Shown: piece after piece, positions 18,907 through 27,900 of the stretch | Layout: every line of letters begins with the position of its first letter | Position numbering within the stretch: position 1 is the first letter of the stretch | Source of the DNA: Christensenellaceae bacterium | GTDB taxonomy: Bacteria; Bacillota; Clostridia; Christensenellales; Aristaeellaceae | Direction of reading: 5' to 3' | Length of the DNA stretch: 36,658 nt | Assembly: GCA_012797085.1 (NCBI GenBank) | Contig: JAAZPT010000365.1 | Span: 1-36,658, forward strand | The notes under the pieces: generated by a model | The model's database searches: none | What the model was told of the DNA's origin: nothing | What the model saw: the letters and a program-made list of their open reading frames with translations, nothing else | Translations under genes and position numbers: made by a program

Positions 18907-20697
18907 TTATCTGTTTACCGAATAATCCAAAATAGGCATTTGAGATACTATTGATTCATCGATTTTTTTTACAGTCAAATTAATTTCTTCAAAGTTTTGA
19001 TATCGAATTAAATAATCATACTCAATACCACTACTGTCTTTCTCATACTCCAATTTCAATTCCTTATTTGGTGCAATATCCTGTTCAACAACAATATATT
19101 TTTTTAATATGTTTATATCACTTGCATCTACAAACGTTCCATCTTCCGCAGTAAAAATAATTCTTAATTCCCCAGCACCATATTCATCAATACGTTTTCC
19201 TATTTGTGCTTTACCAAACGACGCAGCATTTCGTCCAACATAATCTTTTACATGATATATATGCCGATCCAGTGTAGGAAGCAGTTCAGTAATAGTTGGA
19301 ACATACGAAGTTGTGCCTATAGGCGCCACATACAACAAGATTTCATCATAACTCTGATAATCAACCAAATAACTATATGGCTTTCCATTACTATCACGCT
19401 GATTCACAATAGTTAAATTTTTACCAACAGGTATACTCTGTTCTACAACAGTATACTGCTTTTTGAATTCATCATCATTTAGTGGAATAATCATTCCGGA
19501 TTCTGTAACAAAAATAATATTTAACTCTCCAGCACCATATTGATCAGTCTGGGTTCCAATCCAGTATTTTCCAATTGAGGCAACATTTTTCCCTATGTAA
19601 TTTCTGACTTTGTAGCTATATATGCCCTCACTATTATTCGTTACTGAACTAACATCAATGGTAGGGCTCACAGGATTAACAACTTGTTTGGGAATATTGA
19701 TATATCCATTTCTGTATACAATTAACATCAATGCAACACAAATTAAAGCAACAACAAATGACCCCCAACTTAATGGTGTCTTAATATTTCCCCCTTTTTT
19801 TATATTTATGAACATTCTAATAAGAATAATTCCACTACAAATAATATCAACCAGCAAAATAAGGTTATATATATTTACACCGTAATTATTAGAGTTTTTT
19901 TCGTTAAGGGAAATCAAAATAACAATACTTAATCCCAATCCAAATAAAGTTATAAGTTTTGGCAGGTGTGATTCACATCTTAATGCAAATGGAATTAATA
20001 TTGCTCCTATCACAAAATCAATCAAAATAAATAATTGATAACTCATTGCGTTAGCGTTACCAAGACTTTCATCACATAAAGGCATCAACGCAAAAATGCT
20101 TATTAACCATCCTGTAACTACTATAACATTAATCAATACAGACATCAATTCTGAAATGAAGTTTCTTACATTCTTGCCCTTTTCAACTTTCTTTTTCTTA
20201 TTTAACTTAGAACAAACTTGTGTGTAAATTTTTTGAATACGCAAAAATTCTTTTTTATTTTCTAAAATAATCTCTGCTTTTTCATATGCTTGTTCAATTT
20301 TTGTCTGCCATGCAACAGAAAGATCGCTTTCAAGATTTCTACCAACATTTGTAGAAGCAAGAATCATAAATTCCAAAATATCCTCTTTTGTATTGGGAAT
20401 TGGAAAATTTCTAATGATTGTTACTTTTTTTTGATGATTTTCAGCTTCAGCTAATTTTTCAGCAAATTCTTTAACTGCATAAGAATTTGATACACCTCTT
20501 ACCTCATAACCACAAGATGAACAGTGCGATACAAACGAGCCTAATGTGTCACCACAATTTGGGCATTTATAAATATTACCTTCAAATACAGATTTTCTTT
20601 GATTGATTATTTTTTCACTTGAAACCGCTGTTCCACATGATGTACAGTACTTTGATCCATTTTGAATTTTATATCCGCAATTTGTACAAAACGGCAT
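18907..20697 (-). CDS. Zinc-ribbon / multi-pass membrane protein with two tandem extracytoplasmic repeat domains of about 100 aa (function unknown)
   Basis: Two N-terminal CxxC...CxxC ribbons (CTNCG..CTSCG; CPNCG..CSSCG), a helical cytoplasmic segment, about 5 hydrophobic spans, then the duplicated C-terminal module. GGAGG-type RBS (AGGGAGGAAAA) before the ATG at 20697. Confidence 0.8.
   Translation of the reverse strand: MPFCTNCGYKIQNGSKYCTSCGTAVSSEKIINQRKSVFEGNIYKCPNCGDTLGSFVSHCSSCGYEVRGVSNSYAVKEFAEKLAEAENHQKKVTIIRNFPIPNTKEDILEFMILASTNVGRNLESDLSVAWQTKIEQAYEKAEIILENKKEFLRIQKIYTQVCSKLNKKKKVEKGKNVRNFISELMSVLINVIVVTGWLISIFALMPLCDESLGNANAMSYQLFILIDFVIGAILIPFALRCESHLPKLITLFGLGLSIVILISLNEKNSNNYGVNIYNLILLVDIICSGIILIRMFINIKKGGNIKTPLSWGSFVVALICVALMLIVYRNGYINIPKQVVNPVSPTIDVSSVTNNSEGIYSYKVRNYIGKNVASIGKYWIGTQTDQYGAGELNIIFVTESGMIIPLNDDEFKKQYTVVEQSIPVGKNLTIVNQRDSNGKPYSYLVDYQSYDEILLYVAPIGTTSYVPTITELLPTLDRHIYHVKDYVGRNAASFGKAQIGKRIDEYGAGELRIIFTAEDGTFVDASDINILKKYIVVEQDIAPNKELKLEYEKDSSGIEYDYLIRYQNFEEINLTVKKIDESIVSQMPILDYSVNR
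18958..19626 (-). repeat. Internal tandem duplication within the zinc-ribbon protein gene
   Basis: aa 358-461 (IYSYKVRNYIGKNVASIGK..DQYGAGELNIIFVTESG..YTVVEQSIP..) aligns with aa 479-580 (HIYHVKDYVGRNAASFGK..DEYGAGELRIIFTAEDG..YIVVEQDIA..). The two copies are colinear at the protein level but diverged at the DNA level. Confidence 0.8.
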
Positions 20698-21200
20698 TGA
20701 CGATTTTCCTCCCTTTACTCTTTATAATCTTTTCAGCATCGCAATATCACCAATGTTGAAATCCAAACACTCATAAATTCATAATAGTACAGAAAGCATC
20801 ACTTAATTATTATGTCTAATTTTAATCAGCGTTCCATTAGAAATACTCAAATATTTTTTTAAAAAAAAGATTTCCTTTCCAATAATTAGTATCCATTACT
20901 TCTTATTACTAATCTAATGTTGCCCTCTCCCTATAATATTATTTTGTATATTATATCCAAATTTTGCTAAGTCATCAATATATTTGTCACAAACTGTCAT
21001 TAAATTCTTCAATTTATTGCGAATTATTATAAACACATTGATTTATAAATAATAAAATTTCGAGAAATAATAATTTGCATATTGTCAAATATTTTATAAA
21101 TACTTTAAAGTTTTATTTTTCCTTTTATTATTAAATAGTTTATATAATTACATAATTGAAATAAAGTTATGTTCAAATTCTGATTTCTGATATATGTTTA

Positions 21201-21276
21201 ATAATCCTTACACCCTCAAAGCCTCGCTATAATACAGGCTATAAATATAACATTCGGCCACGTTGAAGGGGCTTAA
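21201..21276. repeat. Direct repeat copy B (76 bp): the last 22 codons plus stop of addA, plus 7 nt downstream
   Basis: Pairs with 18779..18854 at a period of 2422 bp. The three mismatches (21229, 21256, 21268) all fall on third codon positions of addA and are synonymous. Confidence 0.95.
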
Positions 21277-24200
21277 TTTTTCCAAGGCTAAGCGGTACAT
21301 ATTCATCTGTTGAAGATAGTTTTCCTGCAAGCCTTCTGCTGTTTTAGATTTGTCGGTTTTAAAATCTACAATTATCCATTTTTCATTTTCAATAAAGCAT
21401 AAGTCTATAACGCCTTGCATTAGGGATGTAGCCCAACCCTTAAGGTGTAGAGTAAATGGTTTTTCCCTGTACACAACATGGCTGTTTAACATTCGCAGGC
21501 CTAAGGGGCTTAAAAAGAACTTGGCTATGGATAAAACATCAACCTTATTATAAAGCTCCTCATCAAAGTGACCCATATTTAACAGTTTATCAAGGGCTTC
21601 AAGCACAACATTATAAAGCTGTGCGGCTAAATTGTTAGAGGAAAAGTCCTTATTGTTTAGAGCCTTTTGAGCCTCTTCGATTTGGCTTTGTGTATATTTG
21701 CTAAGGCTTTGACTTTGGGGCTTTTTACCCGCCTCACTTAACTTTTCATCGGGATCTATGTCGCTGCCCCCTGAGCCTAATATTGCCCTAACTTTGCCAA
21801 TATCCAAATTTTCAAACACAGTATGGCTAGCCGAGCCTATTTGTGCAGCGCTGAGGGGCTTTGTTTCCATCATAAAATCCGGCATTCTCTTGGCATATTT
21901 TATAGATTTTGGCCTGTACTTGGGCAATAGTCTTGGAGCCGGCAAATCCATAGGGGCATCTGTAATATAGCCCTCATAAACAGGCTCATCCTTTAGGCTT
22001 TGTACTATAGTAGTAACCGTGGTTTTAAGGGGGATATGATCATACTGTTTTGTTACAAGGCCTTGATTTACAAAATCCGTTGAGCTTTCCAGTTGAATTG
22101 TTGGCGTATCATCCGGCAGTTGCACTGCTTTAATATCCTCCAAAATATCGAAAAAGCTTTTATTTTTAGCATTAAAACTACTATCAATATCTTCAATTGT
22201 TATAAAGCTGTCATCACAATAAAGAAGATTAATATTCCAATGTTTGAATGTACCGTTATCAAGCATTTCACTTATATTTTTATATTCAAAGGCATTTTCA
22301 TAACAGCTGTCATCATATTGGGGAATATTTTCTTCCCTTAAGCAAAGTGCGTCATTATCCTTATAGACAGCTTGGCAAACCCAATCCGCCATGCTTTTTG
22401 CCCTTTTAACCGCTAAGCTTTTATTGTTTATATCCCAAAATTTGCTGTAGTTTTTACTTTCCTTAAAGGCCGTGCTTAAATGCAGAGCCTCTCTTGCCCT
22501 TGTCATGGCAACATATAAAAGCCTTGCCCTTTCAGCCTGCAGCTCCTTTTGTTTAACTAGGTTTATAATGGTTTGGGGCAATGTTTTGCGCTTTATATAA
22601 AGCTCGCTGTTTATATACTCCAAGGCAACACCAAGCTTTGAATGTATAAAAATTCCTGTTCCGCCACGGGAAGCAATATCCTTTTCCAAGCCTATTACAA
22701 ACACATAGGGAAATTCCAAGCCCTTGCTTTTATGTATTGTCATAATGCGAACAAGGTCATCCTTGGGGCTTAACAGTACGGGGCTAAGGGAGTCCCCCGA
22801 TTTTTGTAAAGAGCGACAATCTTCAATAAAGTCCTCTAAGTTGCCCTCCCTCTCCTCTTGAAACTTCTTTGCTCTTACACATATGCTTCTTAAATTATCC
22901 GCATATTTTTCGCCCTCTTTAAATGTAGCAAAAAAGCTGAATAACCCACTGCGTTGATAAAAGTTCCATATATATTTATCAAAGAGCATATTTTGACATA
23001 AAAAGCGTTCTTGACTGAGTATTCGCCTAATATCGGCACATAGGCAAAACAAGTTAAAATCCTTTTGACTTATGCCCACATCCTTAGCTGCCTCTGTAAG
23101 TTCAGCATTTTGACTTTGATATTTATTCGCCTCACTAAATAACAGTAGTTTGTTGCCAAAGCTCCAAGGCACATCTACTTTAAAGCCTAAAATATCATCG
23201 CTGAAGCTTTCTTCAATCTCTATTATTTTTTGTTCATCATCTATAATATCATAAACCCCTTCCGATGAAACATCATATTGGGCATAGTTTTGCTCGTTTT
23301 CCTCAAATGTTGGAGCATCTAAAAGGGCATCTGCGCTATCTGCGCAAGAGTAAAAAGCCTGACTGAAGCTAACGTCCCTATCGGGGTGCATCAGCCTTAT
23401 TTGCGCTAAAGTTTCCTCGGTTAAAGCAAATATCGGGCCTCTAAGCACTGCAATTAAAGATATATCGTCAAGGGGATGAGTTAAAAGTGTAAGCCAGGAC
23501 AGTACTTGCTCCGTTTCTATGGATATTTCTTCCGTTGTTGCCACATCGGCATAGAGGGGAATATTCTCCTCCTCAAACACCTTGCGAATTTTATCCTCAA
23601 CACCCTTCATTTGGGAGCAGAGTATAACAATATCCCTGTACATTAGGGGTTTGCCTGTACTTAATATGGTTTTACCGATCATTTGCTTTATTTGCTTTGT
23701 TACAAAATTAGCTTGAAGCTCTATATTATCTAAATCTTCCACCCTGTTTTCAAGTACGCTGAGGGAAACAGGTACGGCTTCTTTATCTTCCCTGCCGGCA
23801 ACAAGCCAATCCTCATCAGGCAAATAGTTAAGCTCCGTAATATCCTCTTGCATTACATGGCTGAAAACCCTGTTTACACCGTCAAGCACCAAGGGGGTGG
23901 ATCTGAAGTTTTTGTTTAATAATATTTTACGCTTGCTAAAGGCTTCATCGCTTTTTTCATAAGGATAGCTTTTCATTTTTTCCATAAACAAAGTAGGCTC
24001 GGCCTGCCTGAAGCGATATATGCTTTGCTTTACATCGCCAACCATAAACAATTTGTTTGAGGCGCTGTGCAGCTTATTTAAAATTTCTTCCTGTATGGAT
24101 GAGTTATCTTGGCATTCATCTATGAAAATAGCATCAAAGGCTGAGGATACCCTTTCGGCAATGCCTTCGGTATTAAGTATTTCAAGGGCAAATTGCTCCA

Positions 24201-25296
24201 TATCGTTAAAGTCTATGGTGTTTACCTTGTTTTTAATTTTTCTGAAAATATTGTGGAATACTATTGTAATTTGAGCCAAGCCTCGTAAGTTTATAAGCAT
24301 TTGCTCATTGTCCTTAGGGGCTTTTTTTATCATTGCGCTACGGGTTGCAATATCCTTAATTTCATCCTTAAGGCCCTGCCTTGATTCTGTAATCAAGCTT
24401 TTATATTTATCAATTAAATCCTCACCATATAGTTCTTTATCAGCCTTTTTTGCCGATGGCAGATTTTTAAACTTAATTGTTTCTATGGCATCAAAAAGAG
24501 CAACATCCTTATTTAAAGCCATTTGATAACAGCCATATATGGAATCTTTATCATTATTGCCAACTTCTTTATATATATCCGGGCAGTATATATCGCTGCA
24601 AATATTGCAAGTTTCCTCAGCAACAATATATGCATCAACAAAATCTTCAAAAATGTTGTTATAAAAGCTGTTATAAACTTCCTTGTATATTTCCGCCTCG
24701 CTTATGTTATAGTTTGCAGTATTGTCATCATTTAAGCCTGTTTTTGCCCTAAGCCAATCAAGGGGATAAGGCAAGCTCATCATTGTTGTATAAAGCTCAC
24801 GAAGCATTTCCATTATTTGATTTTCGTTATAACAGGCAATAAGGCTTTCCATCTCTAAAGTGGGATTATCATAGCAAAAATCCAATGTATCCTCTAATGC
24901 GGCATCATATAGTTTATCCCTCAATGAAGTAGGGCAAACCCTGACGCGAGGGTCCACATCAACCACTTGAAACTGGCTGCGTACAAGGCTGCCGCAAAAG
25001 CTGTGGAGTGTTTCTATATGAGCAAAGGCAACATTATCAAGCTGTTTTTGCAAGCTTGAATCCTCAAGGGCAAGGTCAAAAAGCTGTTTGGATATACGCT
25101 CCTTAAGCTCCGACGCGGCGGCATGGGTAAAAGTCAATATAAGCATGCGCCTAATATCTATTTTATCCTCCACAAGCATACGCATAATTCTTTGCACTAA
25201 AACGGATGTTTTACCCGCTCCTGCAGCAGCACTTACAAGCAATGTATGGGAATTATCTGTAATAGCATCAAGCTGTTGCGGTGTATATTTTGCCAA
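21208..25296 (-). CDS. addA: AddA/RexA-type ATP-dependent helicase-nuclease (UvrD-like helicase plus C-terminal PD-(D/E)XK nuclease)
   Basis: Walker A AAAGAGKTS, motif II FIDECQDNS, NFRSTP, IHKSKGLEFPYVFV, YVAMTRAREAL. Nuclease motifs GVIDLCF..IVDFKTDK and QQMNMYRLAL. Apparent TTG start with AAGGGGG 7 nt upstream. Confidence 0.88.
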   Translation of the reverse strand: MAKYTPQQLDAITDNSHTLLVSAAAGAGKTSVLVQRIMRMLVEDKIDIRRMLILTFTHAAASELKERISKQLFDLALEDSSLQKQLDNVAFAHIETLHSFCGSLVRSQFQVVDVDPRVRVCPTSLRDKLYDAALEDTLDFCYDNPTLEMESLIACYNENQIMEMLRELYTTMMSLPYPLDWLRAKTGLNDDNTANYNISEAEIYKEVYNSFYNNIFEDFVDAYIVAEETCNICSDIYCPDIYKEVGNNDKDSIYGCYQMALNKDVALFDAIETIKFKNLPSAKKADKELYGEDLIDKYKSLITESRQGLKDEIKDIATRSAMIKKAPKDNEQMLINLRGLAQITIVFHNIFRKIKNKVNTIDFNDMEQFALEILNTEGIAERVSSAFDAIFIDECQDNSSIQEEILNKLHSASNKLFMVGDVKQSIYRFRQAEPTLFMEKMKSYPYEKSDEAFSKRKILLNKNFRSTPLVLDGVNRVFSHVMQEDITELNYLPDEDWLVAGREDKEAVPVSLSVLENRVEDLDNIELQANFVTKQIKQMIGKTILSTGKPLMYRDIVILCSQMKGVEDKIRKVFEEENIPLYADVATTEEISIETEQVLSWLTLLTHPLDDISLIAVLRGPIFALTEETLAQIRLMHPDRDVSFSQAFYSCADSADALLDAPTFEENEQNYAQYDVSSEGVYDIIDDEQKIIEIEESFSDDILGFKVDVPWSFGNKLLLFSEANKYQSQNAELTEAAKDVGISQKDFNLFCLCADIRRILSQERFLCQNMLFDKYIWNFYQRSGLFSFFATFKEGEKYADNLRSICVRAKKFQEEREGNLEDFIEDCRSLQKSGDSLSPVLLSPKDDLVRIMTIHKSKGLEFPYVFVIGLEKDIASRGGTGIFIHSKLGVALEYINSELYIKRKTLPQTIINLVKQKELQAERARLLYVAMTRAREALHLSTAFKESKNYSKFWDINNKSLAVKRAKSMADWVCQAVYKDNDALCLREENIPQYDDSCYENAFEYKNISEMLDNGTFKHWNINLLYCDDSFITIEDIDSSFNAKNKSFFDILEDIKAVQLPDDTPTIQLESSTDFVNQGLVTKQYDHIPLKTTVTTIVQSLKDEPVYEGYITDAPMDLPAPRLLPKYRPKSIKYAKRMPDFMMETKPLSAAQIGSASHTVFENLDIGKVRAILGSGGSDIDPDEKLSEAGKKPQSQSLSKYTQSQIEEAQKALNNKDFSSNNLAAQLYNVVLEALDKLLNMGHFDEELYNKVDVLSIAKFFLSPLGLRMLNSHVVYREKPFTLHLKGWATSLMQGVIDLCFIENEKWIIVDFKTDKSKTAEGLQENYLQQMNMYRLALEKLSPFNVAECYIYSLYYSEALRV

Positions 25297-25413
25297 AATA
25301 TTGCCCCCTTTTATTTACATAGATATATTATAATACATATTAACACAATTTTCATTCAAATAAAAAACCTTGAATCAACAAGGCTTTTTATATATTTTAA
25401 ATTATCACTTTTA

Positions 25414-25441
25414 CAAAAAACACAGTGCAATACACTGTGTC
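25414..25441 (-). terminator. Rho-independent terminator after the acyl-CoA synthetase gene
   Basis: The minus strand reads ACACAGTG tattg CACTGTGT TTTTTG, 7 nt after the stop. A second, weaker hairpin plus T-run follows at about 25362-25389 (GCCTTG ttgatt CAAGG TTTTTTATTT). Confidence 0.65.
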
Positions 25442-25447
25442 TGAATA

Positions 25448-27097
25448 TTAGTTTTTATCGCCATAGGCTAATGTTTCTTTAGCTACTAAGCCTACTACTC
25501 CATATTTTTCACGGAGTTTGGGTTTTTCTATTTTACCGGTGGGGTTGCGGGGAACCTTATCAAATATTACCTGGCGTGGGCGTTTATACTTGGGCAATTC
25601 CAAACAGAATTCGTTAAACTCTTCCTCGCTCATGGTTTCGCCATCCTTAAGCTCAACTATGGCTGTGGCAATTTCGCCAACCCGTTTATCAGGTGTGCCT
25701 ATAACGGCGGAATCCTTTATTTTAGAGTTTTTACGAAGAAAATCCTCTATTTGAACGGGATAAATATTTTCACCGCCGGATATTATAACGTCCTTCTTTC
25801 TATCAACAAGGAAAATAAAGTCATCTTCATCTTTAATGGCCATGTCGCCGGTGTATAGCCAGCCATTGCGAAGCACTTCATTTGTTGCCTCTTCATTTTT
25901 ATAATAGCAGGTCATAAGCCCCGGCCCTTTTACAATAAGCTCGCCGGCCTCATTTACGCCAACTTCATTATCCTTTTCATCAACTATTTTGGCCTCCCAG
26001 TTATAGCCGGGCTTGCCTATAGCACCAACCTTATGAATGTTTTCTATGCCAAGGTGCACACAACCTGGCCCAATAGACTCGGAGAGGCCATAGTTGGTAT
26101 CATAATCATGATTTGGGAAATATTGTTTCCAACGCTGTATCAAGCTTGGTGGAACGGGTTGTGCCCCTATATGCATAAGCCTCCAACGGGAAAGGTCATA
26201 ATCTTCCAATTTAACTTCTCCACTTTCAATGGCATCAAGTATATCCTGTGCCCATGGTACAAGCAGCCAAACTATTGAAACCTTTTCATCGGAAACGGTT
26301 CTAAGAACCCACTCAGGACTTACACCCCTGAGCAATATAGCCTTGCTTCCACTTAAAAGGGAGCCGAACCAGTGCATTTTTGCCCCTGTATGATAAAGGG
26401 GAGGGATACAAAGAAACACATCATCACGCTTTTGCATATGATGCTTTTGCTCTGTAATACAGGCGGAAACAAGGGAAGTATGTTTATGCAATATAGCCTT
26501 TGGAAAACCTGTTGTACCGGATGAAAAATATATTGCCGCATAATCCTCTTCATCAATTTCAACAGGGGGTGTCGTTGATGAACAAAAACAAATATAATCC
26601 TCAAGGGGTTCTGCAAAGCGGGGTAGATCGTTACCTTCATAAAAAATAGTATTAACAAAGCCTAATTTTGAATGAATCTGCTCTATACGGCCAATAAATT
26701 CCGGACCCATTACAAGGCAGCTTGCATCAGCCAATTTTAAGCAATATAAAATTTCCTCGGATGTATATCTATAGTTCATTGGTACAACAATGCAGCCTGC
26801 CTTAAGTATTCCAAAATAAATCGGCAACCATTCCAGGCAGTTCATAAGCAAAATTGCAACCTTATCGCCCTTTTTAAAGCCCCTTGTTTTTAGCAAGTTG
26901 GCAAACTTACAAGCCTTTACATCAAATTCTTTCCAGCTCATTTCCCGGCGATATTTACCACCGGTTGCTGCCTCAATAAGGTTATACTCACGCCAAGTTA
27001 CGGATTTTGAAGGTTGTAATGCAGGGTTAACCTCCACTAAAGCAATTTCATCAGGCAAAATTCTTGCATTTTTTTCTAAAAAATCTGTAATAATCAT
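25448..27097 (-). CDS. AMP-forming acyl-CoA synthetase / fatty-acid--CoA ligase family (ANL superfamily)
   Basis: AMP-binding motif YFSSGTTGFPKA, then YGLSE, TGDMAIKDEDDFIFLVDRKKDVIISGGENIYP, and the C-terminal catalytic Lys context GKIEKPKLRE. Substrate cannot be inferred. Confidence 0.88.
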   Translation of the reverse strand: MIITDFLEKNARILPDEIALVEVNPALQPSKSVTWREYNLIEAATGGKYRREMSWKEFDVKACKFANLLKTRGFKKGDKVAILLMNCLEWLPIYFGILKAGCIVVPMNYRYTSEEILYCLKLADASCLVMGPEFIGRIEQIHSKLGFVNTIFYEGNDLPRFAEPLEDYICFCSSTTPPVEIDEEDYAAIYFSSGTTGFPKAILHKHTSLVSACITEQKHHMQKRDDVFLCIPPLYHTGAKMHWFGSLLSGSKAILLRGVSPEWVLRTVSDEKVSIVWLLVPWAQDILDAIESGEVKLEDYDLSRWRLMHIGAQPVPPSLIQRWKQYFPNHDYDTNYGLSESIGPGCVHLGIENIHKVGAIGKPGYNWEAKIVDEKDNEVGVNEAGELIVKGPGLMTCYYKNEEATNEVLRNGWLYTGDMAIKDEDDFIFLVDRKKDVIISGGENIYPVQIEDFLRKNSKIKDSAVIGTPDKRVGEIATAIVELKDGETMSEEEFNEFCLELPKYKRPRQVIFDKVPRNPTGKIEKPKLREKYGVVGLVAKETLAYGDKN

Positions 27098-27126
27098 AAA
27101 TAATCTCCAAACTTAAGAATATTAAT

Positions 27127-27154
27127 ATTATACTCTTATTTTAATAAAATGCAA
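27127..27154 (-). promoter_or_regulatory. Candidate sigma-A promoter for the acyl-CoA synthetase gene
   Basis: The minus strand reads TTGCAT, a 16-nt spacer, then TATAAT (perfect -10). The -10 lies about 30 nt upstream of the ATG at 27097, with GGAGA as RBS. Confidence 0.5.
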
Positions 27155-27265
27155 GAATGGCCTATTTTAAACATAAGCTTACAGGCTTGTTTAAAAAATT
27201 AAAAAAATTTAGACAAAAAATAAACAAAGTTTTTAAGAGCCTGTATTGCCTTTAAAACAAGCAAA

Positions 27266-27288
27266 TAAAAACGCCTTTCGGCGTTTTA
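27266..27288 (-). terminator. Rho-independent terminator after the hydro-lyase beta subunit gene
   Basis: The minus strand reads AAAACGCC gaaa GGCGTTTT TATTTGCTTGTTTT directly after the TGA at 27289-27291. Confidence 0.75.
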
Positions 27289-27900
27289 TCATTTTATAAA
27301 ATTAAGTTCCTTTGAAATCCTTGCAAGTTCTTCATCCTTGCGTTTGTTGAATTCAATTTTGTTTTGTTCAAACAGGTTGTTGCCTTCAGTATCTATGGAT
27401 ACTACCAATGGCCCTAAATCCTCAACATCGCTTATCCATAATGCTTCCGGCATACCGGCATCCTTCCATTGTACATCAACAATTCTTTTAAACTTTATTG
27501 CTGCATGTACTGCATTACCGGCAGGCAATACCAAGTGAAGAGCTTTAAATTGTTTGCATGCTTCCTCAGTATTTTTACCCATGCCACCCTTGCCTATAAT
27601 AAGTCTAACGCCTGTTTTTTCAACAAAGGGTTTTTCAAATTTTTCCATACGACTGCTTGTGGTTGGCCCTATAGAAACCATCATATAGCTTCCATCTTCA
27701 TTTTGTTTTGTAATGGGTCCTGCATGAAAAACTGCACAATCCTTTATATCTGTAGGCAACTCTTGACCCAACTCTACAACCCTACGATGTGTAATATCCC
27801 TGCCTGTTACTACCCTACCTGTTAGATAAACCACATCACCAATGCGTATATCCTTTATATCGTCTGCTGATACGGGAGTTGTTAATTTCCATGTTTTCAT
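27289..27900 (-). CDS. Fe-S hydro-lyase beta subunit (class I fumarate hydratase / L(+)-tartrate dehydratase family)
   Basis: TGRDITHRR, GPTTSSRME, IGKGGMG. 203 aa. Overlaps the alpha-subunit stop by 4 nt. Confidence 0.88.
   Translation of the reverse strand: MKTWKLTTPVSADDIKDIRIGDVVYLTGRVVTGRDITHRRVVELGQELPTDIKDCAVFHAGPITKQNEDGSYMMVSIGPTTSSRMEKFEKPFVEKTGVRLIIGKGGMGKNTEEACKQFKALHLVLPAGNAVHAAIKFKRIVDVQWKDAGMPEALWISDVEDLGPLVVSIDTEGNNLFEQNKIEFNKRKDEELARISKELNFIK

Noticed and set aside
20698-21200. 503-bp very AT-rich non-coding stretch inside the cassette. I examined it for integrase/transposase remnants, small ORFs, terminal inverted repeats and structured RNA.
   Set aside because: I found only stop-rich frames and weak promoter-like hexamers (for example TTGATG, 17 nt, TATAAT on the minus strand near 20950-20985). 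There is no convincing remnant or fold, so I treat it as the promoter/5' region of the zinc-ribbon gene.
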